A stretch of DNA of 64,000 bases from the human T2T-CHM13v2.0 reference genome, Homo sapiens (GCF_009914755.1 NC_060925.1), one strand, 5' to 3'; counted from the stretch's first letter, positions 1-13,485 are shown. Notes: generated by a model from the sequence alone, not told the origin. Numbers and translations: made by a program.

Positions 1-3000
1 TAAGGTAAAGCTGTGGAAGTGAGTCCTCTTCCAACAAGGGAGAGAAAAGGATGTCTTGTGACACACCCAGATAACTGGTGGCTATGGTTATGCCTGCTAG
101 GGTTTCGGTGCGTGGTGCTTGGCTTTGGTTAGGGCTCTTGGTCTTACTCTCCCAAAAAGGAAACTTGCTAGTGATGGACATTCTATTTATTCCCATCACC
201 TGGCAGGATTTGCAGGATAATTGCTCAGAACTAGAATATTGATCCAGATTTCTACATTACCAGATAACACCCCTCTTGTTCTTTCTGAGCTGCAGCTGGG
301 GATTGCTGGTTGGTTCACAGGAATAAGCAGGGTTAGTCTAAAAATGTAGGCAAAAACTTAAAAACAACTAGTGAGTTTAGAATTTAATGACAAATGTATA
401 ACTTTTGAAACATAATTTCTCTCCAGTCCTCACTTTTGTTAAGAAAAAAAAACCATGATAAGACCGAGTGTTTTGCAAAATAGACTTTAGCCTTATACTT
501 GGCCTGATTATTTGCATAATAATTATTTCTACACAGGCCTTTTAGATTGGCTTTGATGGAACTCTGTTCCTCAAGGGATCTCAGATAAGACCTTTTAAAG
601 CCATCCTAGCCATGGGTTTATTCTCAAATACATGTGAGTTGGGTCATCCTCTCCTCTTACGGTCCCAAGATAAACTTGGAGCTCCTGGACCTGTTAGAAA
701 GTGACACTCTTTACTGATCACAGGTCAGGAACCCTATACAGGGACTGAGTATGAGGACAGCTTCCGCATGGGGCTTTTATTGGCTCTGCAAGTCAAGATT
801 GACTCCGTAAAGGGAAGTATGCCCTTCCAGTCAAAGCCTTGGTAAAATAACCAGTTTTTCCAATTGTTTTCTGTTGCAAAAGAAAAATGGATTCTTATTG
901 CACTGATGCAAACAACTATATTGCCATAAGAATACTCACAGGTAGTTTCCAAATTCTAGAGGAACCAGGCAGAGAGAAACAAACATGCTACAAATTTTGA
1001 TCACAGGAGTGTATACTTTCCTTATTAATGACTGTAAATAGTTCAAAATAAGTTTCCTTGACTGTGAAAAACAAAACAAGGATCAGCAATATTCCAAGCA
1101 AAAGTCAAAAAGATTTGCTTCAGCTTCCTGAGTTCAGTCCATCTAGTTAACTCGTTTTGCTTGGTATTTGTGAATATTTCAGCTCTTTATGAGCCCCATA
1201 AATTTTCCTTTATTTCAATGTTACAATCTCAAAAGCTTTCAGAAGCCTGTATTTGAGAGCACCACCTAAAGTTCTATAGCTTATTATAAACCATCTTTTG
1301 AAAAGGATTAAAGCAAGACAACAATTGTCTGTGAATAGCAAAATGCCCAGGGTAGTGACAGTTAGAAACACAACTGACAAAAATGTTTGGGTATCTCTGT
1401 GGTTTGCAATAACTTAACCTTAATTATGATTGGTAGCATATACTTAGACATTAGAATTTTAGAAATCTCATACAATGTTGGAACATATATTAGCATTATT
1501 TACCAAGATATAACCTAAAGAAGACTGAACATCATTTTGGCAATCCCATGTACCTAAACATGTCAAATAATTCTGTTTACCTCTCTTCTCTGGACACTTC
1601 AGGGGCCCTGTCAAACTACTCAAAAAGCCAGGTGCCGGGGAAGACAATTTTGAAGCTCAAGTTTGATTTTGGGAAGGCTGTTAAATGTTCAAGGTTTAAA
1701 ACACTTGATATTATGAAACAGAATTCCAGATTACCACAAATTATTTGTTTTGCAAAAATGATGACTCAGAAAACGTAAAGAAGCAAAAACCTTTTATAAC
1801 CCTTTACAGATTTTGCCAAAGAGCAGCTAATGCCATAGGAAACCTTTGTTAGGCTTTTATTTCAATGCTCAATTTACAGAAAAACCATATAATACGGTTT
1901 TTTGAATTTAGTCAATATGTTCACACAGAGAACCTCTTCGGCAAGGTTAATTTTCACAATTCTTCCATCACTTCTTTGAACCCTCAGCTTTTTAATAATT
2001 TAATTCAAAACAATCCTTTAACCCTAGGCAAAAATTTACATTTTCATGCCTTCTTATAACCTTTTACTAAAAAACATACTTCACTGTTCTTACACTCCTT
2101 GCATGCAAATCTATTTCCAGTAGTCTCAATTACATGTTATAATGGTAACTCCTAGTAATTTTTAACAATAATTTAAAACCTGGTAAATTGTTTTAATTGT
2201 GTGCTAACTGTAGCCAAGGTTTGCCTTCTTAGTTAAGGAGGTGATTAGTTCCGTATGTCCCCAGGCCCTACCAGCCGTGAAGCAGAGGAGACAGACAGTT
2301 TTCAAAACCCAAAAAGCAGTTTGTAACCTTGAAACACTTAGCAAACCTTGCATCTTACCTACATTTTACCAATAATCTTTAGGGGCTGTTTTGATTTCTC
2401 AAAGATTAAAGTCATGCGAACTGAAAGGTACCACAGCTTTTAACTTCCCTTAAAAAATACTTGATCCAAGTGCTTGTCTTCTTTAGGACAAATTAATTAG
2501 AGATCTTTTTAAAGACAGCACACACAGTATACACACACACACACACAGGCATTAGAAAATCCAGTTGCTGGGTGAGGCCCTTTACGAGACAGGGCTAGGA
2601 AAACATGCAGATATCAAACCAGAGAGGGCTCATCCTCTGAGGCAGGATTGCTCAACAAACCTTGCCAAGCAGTTACTGGTCACGCCCCCAGGATGTAAAA
2701 CAAGATGGAGGCTTGCAGCACACACCATACAGACATGCAAAGCACACCAGGATTGGCCACGGCCCAAGACTAGCCCTACAAATCCTTTTCCACAATTGAA
2801 GCTTTACAGAGACTAAGTTCACTGCTGACTGGGTGTGAAGAGGAGAAAAAAAAAGGGGTTTAAAAATGCCTGGGGAAGAACCTCTTACTCTTACCCAAGT
2901 GGTTCCTCCACCAGGGAGACAAGTTTAATTGCTGTGGGTCAGAGCTGGCCTCCCCGGTGCAGGGAGGAGGAGATCCCATGAGTGCGTGGCAGAAAACGCC

Positions 3001-3269
3001 AGCCACTCATGACGCCTTGAGCCAGGTATCCCAGCCCCGGCAGGGAAGGGAGGGCGGTGGGGAGCCGCTGCTCACCCGTTCCTTCCAAAAAAGGGAGAAA
3101 AGGCTGTGAAAAGGCCCCTAACCCTAGGAGTAATAGGGGGTGGTGGCATGGTTTCCTCTACCCTCAGAAGCCGGAGGATGAGAGGGCTCAGGAGAGAGAG
3201 GGAAGGGAAAGAATTATTGGCATGCATTTCACTCACTGTTTGTAGAGCCTCCACAGTGCGTACCAAAGA
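1..3269 (-). mobile_element. ERV1/MER4-group endogenous retrovirus internal region (probably MER61-int), non-coding, continues off the left edge
   Basis: Directly abuts the 3' end of the MER61-like LTR on the minus strand via TCTTTGG (PBS position); resembles recalled MER4-group internal sequence; no gag/pol ORF in the track. Confidence 0.7.
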
Positions 3270-3598
3270 TGTCGCAGGACTTTTCCTTAGTTCAGCTGAA
3301 GACGGGGTCCTTGTCTGTCCCATGGCCACAAAAATTTAGGCTCACAGGCTGTTTGAAGGGTGAGAGAAGCAGGACTTTTTTGGGTGAAAAGGAAAAATGG
3401 GGGAAACAGCGATCCTCCATAAGGTCAGAGTCCCTGCTAGAGAGCTTCTCACCCACAGCTTGAATTCCAGGTTCCACACAGAAAGAAGAGAGGCCAGGCT
3501 CCTCCCCGCTGCAAACAGCATGAACTTCCTGAGGTTCCACCCCAGTGTGCAGGCCGGTTGGAGTTTTTCTGGGGATCCGCTCCCACCTGGCTGTCTCG
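3270..3598 (-). mobile_element. MER61-family LTR (5' LTR of the provirus)
   Basis: Minus strand starts (C)GAGACAGCCAGGTGGGAG, contains GCAGCGGGGAGGAGCCTGGCC and ends GTCCTGCGACA, matching recalled MER61 consensus; about 330 bp. Confidence 0.8.
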
Positions 3599-5944
3599 CA
3601 TGCTTTTTTTCTTTTTCCTTTTTTTTTTTAGTGAAAGTTCATACTCTGGCTAAATGTACAGGAATTCCAGAATATTAAATTCCAGTGGTGATTGCCTGTC
3701 AGGGAGGTAATGGGAGGTGATAGAGAGTGAATACAGTCATGGCATATTTTTTCTTTAAGCTCTATATCTTGTTATACAATTTGTTTTCCTGACCTATCTG
3801 GAATTTCCCTGCTCTCATAACAGCTTCCCCATGATCCATTCATACCAGCTGGAAAATTCTACTTGGACTTGTTAGTGTTAAGTCTTTGAGGAATAGCCTC
3901 CTTAAGGAAACAGCAGAAATGTCATTTTGTTTATTCTTATGGCATCCAGAATCCTGTTTTACTGAAAAGTTTAATGCCACGTTCTTGGATCATTGTGGCT
4001 TCCATTCCCAGAGCCTCTGCTGCTTGTCCTCAGGGTGTTTCCGTGGCTTGAAACCCTATTAAAAATCCTTCCCTGCTTAATTGTTTTAAGCAGCTTCTTT
4101 TGAGGATCTCTTATCTATTAGTTAGTAAAGACAAATCTTCCTTCCCTTCACATTCCCTTGTTTGAAACAACTCTTTATGTATTTTTGGCACTTAATTATT
4201 TAATTATAAGTGAATATAATTTTTTAAAGAAAGTCAGTTGACAGTTTCTTTGGGGGCATTTATTTTTTTTATTTTATTTTTGGTCGGAGGATGTTTATGC
4301 TGGGATTCATTCTGATTTCCTTCTCCTTCCTTGCCCTGACATGTCCCCAGAATGCCTCCTCTTCTAAAGTCAAGATGATCACCTTAATTTCCTGCCCTTC
4401 TATGGCAAGTTAACACAACCTTCTCCAAATCTGGGCCCAGGCCCTGAAAAGCTCTTGATCACTCCTATAGTAAGAAGGCTGCAGATGTTTTCCCTAGGCT
4501 TGGGCTTGGGTAGATGCTGTTGATGGCTACAAGTTCAGAGCTCTTTTCTAGAGATGTAAACTCATTTTTAAGTTTTCCTACTCACCCACCAGGAGACTTT
4601 TTCTATTTACTAGGAGCGGGAAATTAATGCAGAAAAGACGGTGAGGGACTGATTTCTGTAGTGTAGCAATGTAGGGGGTAGGGGAAATGTGTAATTCTTA
4701 GTAGCCTAAGTGCCTGCAGTAGAAACGTTATGGACCGTACCAGTGTGCAAATGAAAAACTCTGCATTAATACCCATGCAATGTTCATGTTGTCACCAGAT
4801 TTGATTCTAGAAACATTTCCTACAGGACTGTTTACTGCATTTTATTGTTGAATACTCTCAGCTTCAGGTGAAACACACTGAAGTGTGAAATGGTCAATTA
4901 TAACTGGATAAACAAAGTTGCTTGGATAAAATATTATTAAACTGGGTGGGTGGTTGTTTAGTGTTCATTTTTCTTTATCTCAGGGCAGGGGGTATACGGA
5001 GTAGAAGAAGGGTTTGGCACTTTAGGAAGATGACTTTGTGAGCAAATTCACAGTTACCAAGACCAAAAAGACCTTATAAGTCAATTTCATGCTGAGTTGT
5101 TTAAAACCATTTTCACATCAAATATTTCATAACTTCCCTACTCTGTAGAATCTTTCAAAGTTTGAATTTCTATGAGGTAGACCTTACACGATAATCCCCC
5201 TTTAATACCATTGGAGAATTAATTTAATCTTGGGAAATACTCTCAAACATTGATACTTTGGAAAGTAAATTCAGAAGGGAATATCAGGAACATAATTTTA
5301 AATGGTTTTTAATACATACCCCTGAAGCTTGAGATAGGTATCACACTTTGATGCATATCCTGTGTTTGCTGAAATATCACTTATGAAACCTGTGATTCCT
5401 TGACTGAGAGCTTCATTTAGTATCTTATTTATGATTTGCTAGCTGATGGTGCTCCAAAGAAGTGCTTATCTCAAGCCGTATGAGTAATATTTCTGAAGTA
5501 TTTTTTGAGATCATAGCAGATAGGAATTTCTGACAGTATAGACTGGTATTTTCTGGGACATCTGCCTGCAATTAGAATTTTATTTGGGACTAAATTTACC
5601 CAAGATTGGGAAACAAACTTTCTCCTTGTAACTCTCCTATTCATTTTTCAAGTAGTAATGTCATCCTTCAGACACTTTCAATTAGTGGTCTTTGTGGTGT
5701 TTTGTGGAGTTTGATGGCTATGGAGGCTAGGAACATAAAAACTTTATGTAAACCATAACTATCATTTGTTTTTGGTGTTCCAAAAGAGATTTGTGAGCAA
5801 ACAGTGATGGCAAATAGAAATTCCCTTCCCAATTTGTTGGCTGGTGTGCCTAACCTTCTACGTTTCATGGCTGCAAGAGACACAGAGTGAAGGTTATTCA
5901 AGTGCACGGGTATATATGACAAATAGAAGAAAAGAGGAAGGTAG

Positions 5945-5998
5945 GGAGAAAGAGGAGAGAGAGAGAGAGAGAGAGAGAAAGAAAGAGAGAGAGAGAAA
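5945..5998. repeat. (GA)n purine-rich microsatellite
   Basis: Directly visible GAGAGA/GAAA run. Confidence 0.9.
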
Positions 5999-6241
5999 TT
6001 AGAGTTAGAGCTGCCTGGTGAGATGAAACAGAAAAGATGACCTCAGTTATTACTTAAACTCATGGCTCTTAACAAACTGTACCTCCTGGAATCAGATAAG
6101 CATCCTCTTGAAGTGAAGCCTAAAGTCACCATACTGACTCTAGATGTTTCTTAGCTATCAAGAAAGCCCTGTTGATTGCTCAAATGCAAAAATGTTTAAA
6201 TGTTGGTTCCAGGGATTCTATGTTTATATATGTTGTCTTTC

Positions 6242-6661
6242 TTTTTTTTTTTTTTGACATGGGTTTCTTGCTCTGTCACCCAGGCTGTAATGCAATGGTG
6301 TGATCATAGCTCACTCTAGCCTCATACTCCTGGGCTTAAGCGATCCTAAGTAGCTAGGACTACAGGTGTGTGCCACTACACCTGGCTAACTTTTTTTATT
6401 TTTGATTTTATAGAGACAGGTTCTGTGTTGCCCGGGCTATGTCTTGAACTCCTGGCCTCGAGTAATCCTCCCACCTCAGCACCCTGATTAGCTAGGACTA
6501 CAGACATGCACCACCATGCCTGGCTAACTTTTTATTTTTTATTTTTACGATAGGGTCATACTATATTGACCTGGCTGGTCTGGAACTCCTGGCCTCAAGT
6601 GATTATCCTGCCTCAGCCTCCCAAACTGTTGGGATTACAGGTATGAGTCACTGCACCCAGC
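6242..6661 (-). mobile_element. AluJ-type element with three monomers
   Basis: Poly-T then three successive Alu arms separated by T-rich linkers near 6390-6410 and 6528-6546. Confidence 0.85.
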
Positions 6662-8756
6662 TGTGCCTTTTACATACACTAAAAAAACTCAACTCATGAT
6701 GAAACATCTTAAATATTGGCAAAAAAATTCATTTCTCTGGAGCAACAATTTAACTTAGGTTGAAAATACAATCTGCTTTTGAATGTTTATGTCATCCACC
6801 TGGGATTATTTCTGGCTGTTCAACCAGCAGCTGGTATATTATACTGTCATTAACTTGTTTCCAAGACAATTACTTCTGCAAATATTGTGGGCAAATATGT
6901 GCAAGTGTGTACAACCGCGTGTGTGTATGTGTTTGGGGCAGGGTACAGAGTATACAAATGTACATGTGAACACACAGGGCTTGAAAATAAGAAAAGAATA
7001 TTTTGTCACTTTCTTACATTTATTTGCACAGGGATAAAGGAAATAAGTCAGGCTTATGTCCTTGTCTCTGTGTAAATTATCTTTGCGCTTCAAATGGTTG
7101 CTTGCATATGGTGACTTAACCTTTCTTCAGCTCAGGAAAAATTTCTGCATGTTGAAATATATAAAGGCTGAAGCTTATATTATTAAAAATAGACATTTTT
7201 TATTTTAGAACCTAATAATCAAATGTCAAATCAGCAACTTTAAAACGTAAATAAAACCTTGAATTGAGATAGGACTTTTCCTGTTTTCCTATGTCTATTG
7301 CTTATTTATTTTCATGTAGAAATAATTTTATTATATTTAATAAACCAAAACCCTCAAACTTAACAAATATATTTTGAACATGAGGATAATAATTTTGTCC
7401 TACACTAAAGTAAATTTTATTCTTGATTAAGGCCTTTCTTCTGGTGTATAATTTTGTGAAACTTTTAAAGTTAAAAATTATATTGCAAAACTCAAGATAG
7501 GTTCTAGTTCAGCCAAAAGTTAATTTATTTTCCTGATATCTAGCTGAGCCAATTTGGATGATGTATATCTCTGAACCAATTAATTGGTGAAGGCATTAGA
7601 ATTTTCAATAAATGTATAGTTCTATGACAGAATCAATAAACTCATATATTATGAATTAAAGTGTTGAAAGAATGGTATTATTGCAGCAAAACTTTTGTGC
7701 TGTTTTCAGAATATGGTAAATGGATACTGGGTAGCAAATATAGAAAAAATTCTAACAAATGCATTGACACAATCTTGTTTCTGCCTTATCCCTCGGCCAT
7801 TGCTAAAAGCACCAAAACAAAAGTAAACAGCACAAAAACAACGCACGTATCTTTGGGGATTTTTTCTGTGTGTGTGGCATGAGGGGGTGGAGAGTTTATC
7901 GAAAACAACAGAGCAATGAGCTTCTTTACCGACCTCTTTCTCCCATTTAATCAAACTCTTCTCCATTCTCCTGTGAGTACCAAGGCCCTCAAAGACAGTA
8001 GCAAATACGTAAGCTGTCCGTGAAAAACCAGCACTGCTGAAGTGACCAAAATGAGTGAATATCCAAACATTTGTTGACAAATATGTACTATTATATTTTT
8101 GTTTTTAATTTGACTTGTCCTTCGTGTGATACAATAAATATTTTTCCAAGTTGCCATGTATTTCTGTCTCCCAAGATGTGCTATTAATCAGTCTACTGAT
8201 TATAATCCAATTAACCAATTAAAAGGAGAGCTGCACCCCAAGAAAGGATAATTTATCATAAAGATAAAGTACGCGGGTAATTCAAAGTAAAACTTCAGGC
8301 TCGTTGAATAAGAACTGCATTCATTTAAGGATCATTGAATAGCTTTTGTTGACCAAAGTCTGATGCTGCAACATAGTTCTAACTTTGAGGCCTTTAGAAA
8401 GGGGCAATTAATTGGTAACATATTTGGGACACTTACCTGAGTTGCCCAAGCAAAAACATAAACTTCATTTTTATAAAAGAAAGGTTAAAGAAGTAGTTAA
8501 ATCAGGTTAAATATTATTTCTTTGTCTTAATTTAATTTTATATCTTTTGTAATTATTAAGTGTGCTTCCACCTGATTCTATAAGACTTTTCTAATCTTTA
8601 TACCACTTATGTGACAAATAGCATATGCTCTGTATGCTTATTGTCTGCCTGCCAGCTAGGTGATAGCTAAATTGGTTGGATCTATCTGTATAAATAATAT
8701 CTACAACAAGTGCAGGGAAAGTGGATGAAATGAAATGAAAACAGTAGGGCAGAAAG

Positions 8757-10166
8757 GTCGTCGGCAAAGCCTGAGTCTTGTCCTCTCGCTCTCTTCACCA
8801 GACAGCTTGAGCTTCACCACTGGCTCCACCTTCTCCACAAAATACCAGTCCCTGGGCTCTGTCCAGGCGCCCAGCGAGGCGCCCAGCCGGTCAGCAGTGC
8901 GGCCAGCGTCTATGCAGGTGCCGGGGGCTCTGGTTCCCAGATCTCTGTGACCCGCTCCACCAGCTTCTGGGGTTGCATGGGGTCCAGGGGCTTGGCCATG
9001 GGGATGGCTGGGGATCTGGCAGGAATGGGAGGCATCCAGAATGAGAAGGAGACCATGCAAAGCCTGAACGACTGCCTGGCCCCCTACCTGGACAGAGTGA
9101 GGGGCCTGGAGACTGAGAACCAGAGGCTGGAGAGCAAAATCCCGGAGCACATGGAGAGGAAGGGACCCCAGGTCAGAGTCTGGAGCAATTACTTCAAGAC
9201 CATCAAGGACCTGAGGGCTCAGATCTTTGCAAATAGTGTGGATAATGCCTGCATCATTCTGCAGATCGACAATGACCATCTTACTGCTGACGACTTTAGA
9301 GTCAAGTATGAGACAGAGCTGGCCATGCGCCAGTCTGTGGAGAGCCACATCCATGGGCTCTGCAAGGTCATCGATGACACCAATGTCACTTGGCTGCAGC
9401 TGGAGACAGAGATCAAGGCTCTCAAGAAGGAGCTGCTCTTCATGAAGAAGAACCATGAAGAGGAAGTAAAAGGCCTACAAGCCCAGATTGCCAGCTGTGG
9501 ATTGACTGTGGAGGTAGATGCCCCCAGATCTCAGGACCTCTCCAAGATCATGGCAGATATCCGGCCCCAATATAAATAGCTGGCTGGGAAGAACCAAGAG
9601 GAGCTGGACAAGTACTGGTCTCAGCAGATTGAGGACAGCACCAGAGTGGTCACCACGCAGTCCACCCAGGTTGGAGCTGCTGAATCAACACTCACGGAGC
9701 TGAGACGTACAGTCCAGTCCTTGGAGATGGATCTGGACTCCATGAGAAATCTGAAGGCCAGCTTGGAGAACCAGCCTGAGGGAGGTGGAGGCCCGCTACG
9801 CCCTGCAGATGGAGCAGCTCAATGGGATCCTGCTGCACCTGGAGGCAGCGCTGGCACAGACCTGGGCAAAGGGACAGTGCCAGGCCCAGGAGTACGAGGC
9901 CTTGCTGAACATCAAGGTCAAGTTGGAGGCTGAGATCGCCATCTACCGCCGCCTGCTGGAAGACAGTGAGGGCTTCAATCTTACTGATGCCCCGGACAGC
10001 AGCAACTCCATGCAAACCATCCACAAGACCACCACCTGCCAGATAGTGGATGGCAAAGTGGTGTCTGAGACCAACGACATCGAAGTTCTGAGGCATAAAG
10101 CCAGCGGAAGCAGGGTACCCTTTGGGGAGCAGGAGGCTAATAAAAGGTTCAGATATTAAAAAAAAA
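8757..10166 (+). pseudogene. KRT18: Keratin 18 processed pseudogene (KRT18P family; member number not assignable)
   Basis: Intronless copy of KRT18 5'UTR, CDS (SFTTGSTFST, GGIQNEKETMQSLND, VEVDAP, LLNIKVKLEAEIAIYRRLLE) and 3'UTR; AATAAA 10139-10144; poly(A) 10158-10166. Lesions: ATG>TTG 8807-8809, frameshift near 8876, premature TAG 9577-9579, +1 frameshift near 9771, native stop lost near 10097. Confidence 0.97.
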
Positions 10167-11923
10167 GAAATTAATATAAATCATCAATAAGTTAAAGACT
10201 GATTTTGTCAAGAATAATTGAGAAACTGCAAAAACATCCGATCCCCAGTATAAATGATTAAATGCAATTGCCAAATTCTACAAAGAAATGGGGATCTATG
10301 TACAGTGCAGAAGATGTTTATATAAGACAGTATAGGGAGCATATTTACTCCAGTAAATTTTACAAGTTAGATACTTTTTCTAACCAATACAAATGACCAA
10401 TATTGACTCCACTCAGGATGACCCACCATTTGATTTGCATGGGACTGAGGGAGTTCACAGGTGTGGGGCTTTCAGCACTAAAACTGTAAAAGTCAAGTGG
10501 AAAACTAGGATGCACTGGACATTCTAAATCATATGAAATAGGAGAATTGTATACATCACTGTGTGTTTAAATAAGTGAGTAGTCTAAATACTCATGCGCT
10601 TCACCATCAAACGTATCAGACCTGTGTCATTTTACAGCTGAGTTTTACCAAACCTTCAAGAGATAGTCCTCAGTTGATATAACTGTTTATGAAAGAAGAA
10701 AATAGCAAATTTTGCCTAACTGAATTATTAAATATATAGCAGAATATGAATAACAAACCTGGAAAATGACAGTATAAGGAAAATTTGAACAATTTCACTT
10801 TGAACATTTATACAAAAATCCTAATGACATATTAGCTTACTTAAGCCACAATATAGATGAAATATATATTATAATTATGTAAGATGAATCACAAATGTGA
10901 AAAAGTTACATCAGAGTTTATATCAATATAATTTACAACATTACTAGATTATAGGAAAGAAACCTATAACCATTTCAGTAGATGCAGAAAAAGCATTTAA
11001 GTTGTATGCTCACTTTGGAGTAAACCTGTTAGTAAATTAGAAATAAAAGGGAGTTATCTGATCTGAAATTTCTCCTATCAAAAGTCTATGAACAAATATT
11101 TATATAAAGCACTACAGGAATTAGCATTAAAGTCAGAGATATATTGTTTTACAACATTATAATGGTGGTACTAAACAATGCAATATGATAATTACATACA
11201 TAATGTAAGAGAGTAAGAGATGAAGGTATTCTTAAGTAAGACATGAATATAAACACAGGAAATACAATGTAATAGAAAAAGTGATAGAAAGTATAAGAGA
11301 GTTTTGCAAAGTTACTGCACACAAGGTCAAATTACAGAATTAATCAGTGCTCTGCCCACCAGCAATATTCATTTAGAATATTTGGCAGAAAAGTTATCCC
11401 ATACAAAATAACAACAAAAAATAGAGCTTCTAAAAAAGATGTAATAAATGTGCATGACATTGAAAGCAAATGAGCAAATAAAATCCAGGTGAATTAAAGA
11501 CACAAATGTAAAAAAATAAAAATTGTATAATTTTTGAAGAAATTATAAGATACTTTGTCTTTGGGATATGGAATGATATCTTAAAGAAGATGAAAAAAGA
11601 ATAAACCACAGGATAAATATTAATACATTCTATCACATTAATATTGATTATATCTTTGTCAAAAATTTCTACAAAAATGGAAAAATAGAAGGCCAGAAAA
11701 GAAGAAAATATTTTAATGCACATAAATTATAAAATGTGAATATTGAGAAGATATAAAAATTTACATATTACTAAATTAAAGATGACTAAAATCGTCAAAA
11801 ATATTACTATGCAATTCTTAGAAAAGAAGTTCAAATGGTCACCAGTAATCATTGCAAGGTAAACTAAAATAACAATAAAAAATAATTGATCTTTTATCAG
11901 TTTAGCAAATATTTAAAAGTCTG
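10167..11923 (+). mobile_element. Old degenerate L1 (L1M-type) ORF2 remnant
   Basis: A-rich strand bias; ATTTCAGTAGATGCAGAAAAAGCATTT near 10972-10998 encodes the L1 RT motif ISVDAEKAF; many stops; remnant continues between the Alus to about 13400. Confidence 0.8.
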
Positions 11924-12214
11924 AGCCAGGCACAGTGGCTCACGCCCGTAATCGCAGCACTTTGGGAGGCCAAGGCGGGCGGATCACGAGGTCAGGAGAT
12001 CCAGACCATCTTGGCTAACACGGTGAAACCCCGTCTCTACTAAAAATACAAAAATTAGCCCGGCTTGGTGGCCGGCGCCTGTAGTCCCAGCTACTTGGGA
12101 GGCTGAGGCAGGGGAATGGCGTGAACCCGGGAGGTGGAGCTTGTAGTGCCACTGCACTCCAGCCTGGGCAACAGAGAGAGACTCCGCCTCAAAAAAAAAA
12201 AAAAAAAAAAAAAA
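11924..12214 (+). mobile_element. AluY-like element with about 13-bp internal deletion in the right arm
   Basis: AluY-type GGCTAACACGGTGAAACCCCG and GAATGGCGTGAACCCGGG; long poly(A); approximate TSD AAAAGTCTGA. Confidence 0.93.
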
Positions 12215-12371
12215 GGGTCTGACAATAGCAAGCTTTGGTCAGGACATGGAAAAGAACTACTCTAATTTGCCTGTAGAAAGGTAAGTTGGTAGCACTTCGT
12301 GAACACAATTTTATGATACTCTCATTTGGCCCAGGAATTCTACTTCCAAACAACCTAAGGAGATACTCTTA

Positions 12372-12736
<365 letters not shown>

Positions 12737-12989
12737 CTATAAAGACCTGTTAATAGGAGATGGAGAAAATGTGATGCAGTGATGTAAGAGGTTACTTGAT
12801 AATTAGTAAGAATCAAATAGATGCAGGGGTATCAATAAGAATAAATCTAAGAAACAAAAGAAATTATATTTAAAAGGCCGAGCAATTCAAATTGTATGAT
12901 TAGTAATAATATTAAGGGTAAAGATAGGCACACCACTCTTAAAATTTCATGGATGCATATGTATGTCATCATTGTAGAAAAGCAACGTT

Positions 12990-13143
12990 AGACTGGGCAT
13001 GGTGGCTCACACCAGTAATCCCAGTGCTTTGAAAAGCTGAAGTGGAAGGATCACTTGAGCCCAGGAATTCGAAGCTACAGTGAGCTATGATCCTGCCACT
13101 CCACTCCAGCCTGGAAAACAGAGTAAAATTCTGTCTCAAAAGG
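12990..13143 (+). mobile_element. Monomeric Alu (FAM/FRAM-like)
   Basis: Single diverged arm of about 150 bp ending CTGTCTCAAAA. Confidence 0.8.
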
Positions 13144-13485
13144 AAAATAGTGATAATCATATTTTTTTAAAAAAATGGCTAGAAAATATCCATGCTAATG
13201 TGTGAATGTTGATTACCATTTGAGGGAACGAGAGGCTGGATGTATATGGGCGCAATAAACTTTAACTCTATTTATAAGGTTTTATTTATTAAATAAAATC
13301 TGAAACAAAAAAGATAAAATATTAATGTAATATTTTAATTCTATGTGTTAGACATAATGAGAAGCATCATTTTATTCTAGGGATTTTCTGTTTATAAGAT
13401 GTGACTCAAAAAGTGTTACAAAAACAAAAAGTAGTCTAAAACCTACATAACTTATATGCACCTTTAAAATTAAATTAATTCTACT

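Noticed and set aside
3270-3598. p53 response element known from some MER61 subfamilies
   Set aside because: I could not find two adjacent RRRCWWGYYY half-sites in this copy
8701-9456. 251-aa minus-strand ORF (and 134-aa ORF at 9692-10096)
   Set aside because: Antisense shadow of keratin coding sequence; no independent gene evidence
8947-10159. Functional KRT18 gene
   Set aside because: No introns, lost start and stop codons, two frameshifts, premature stop, genomic poly(A)
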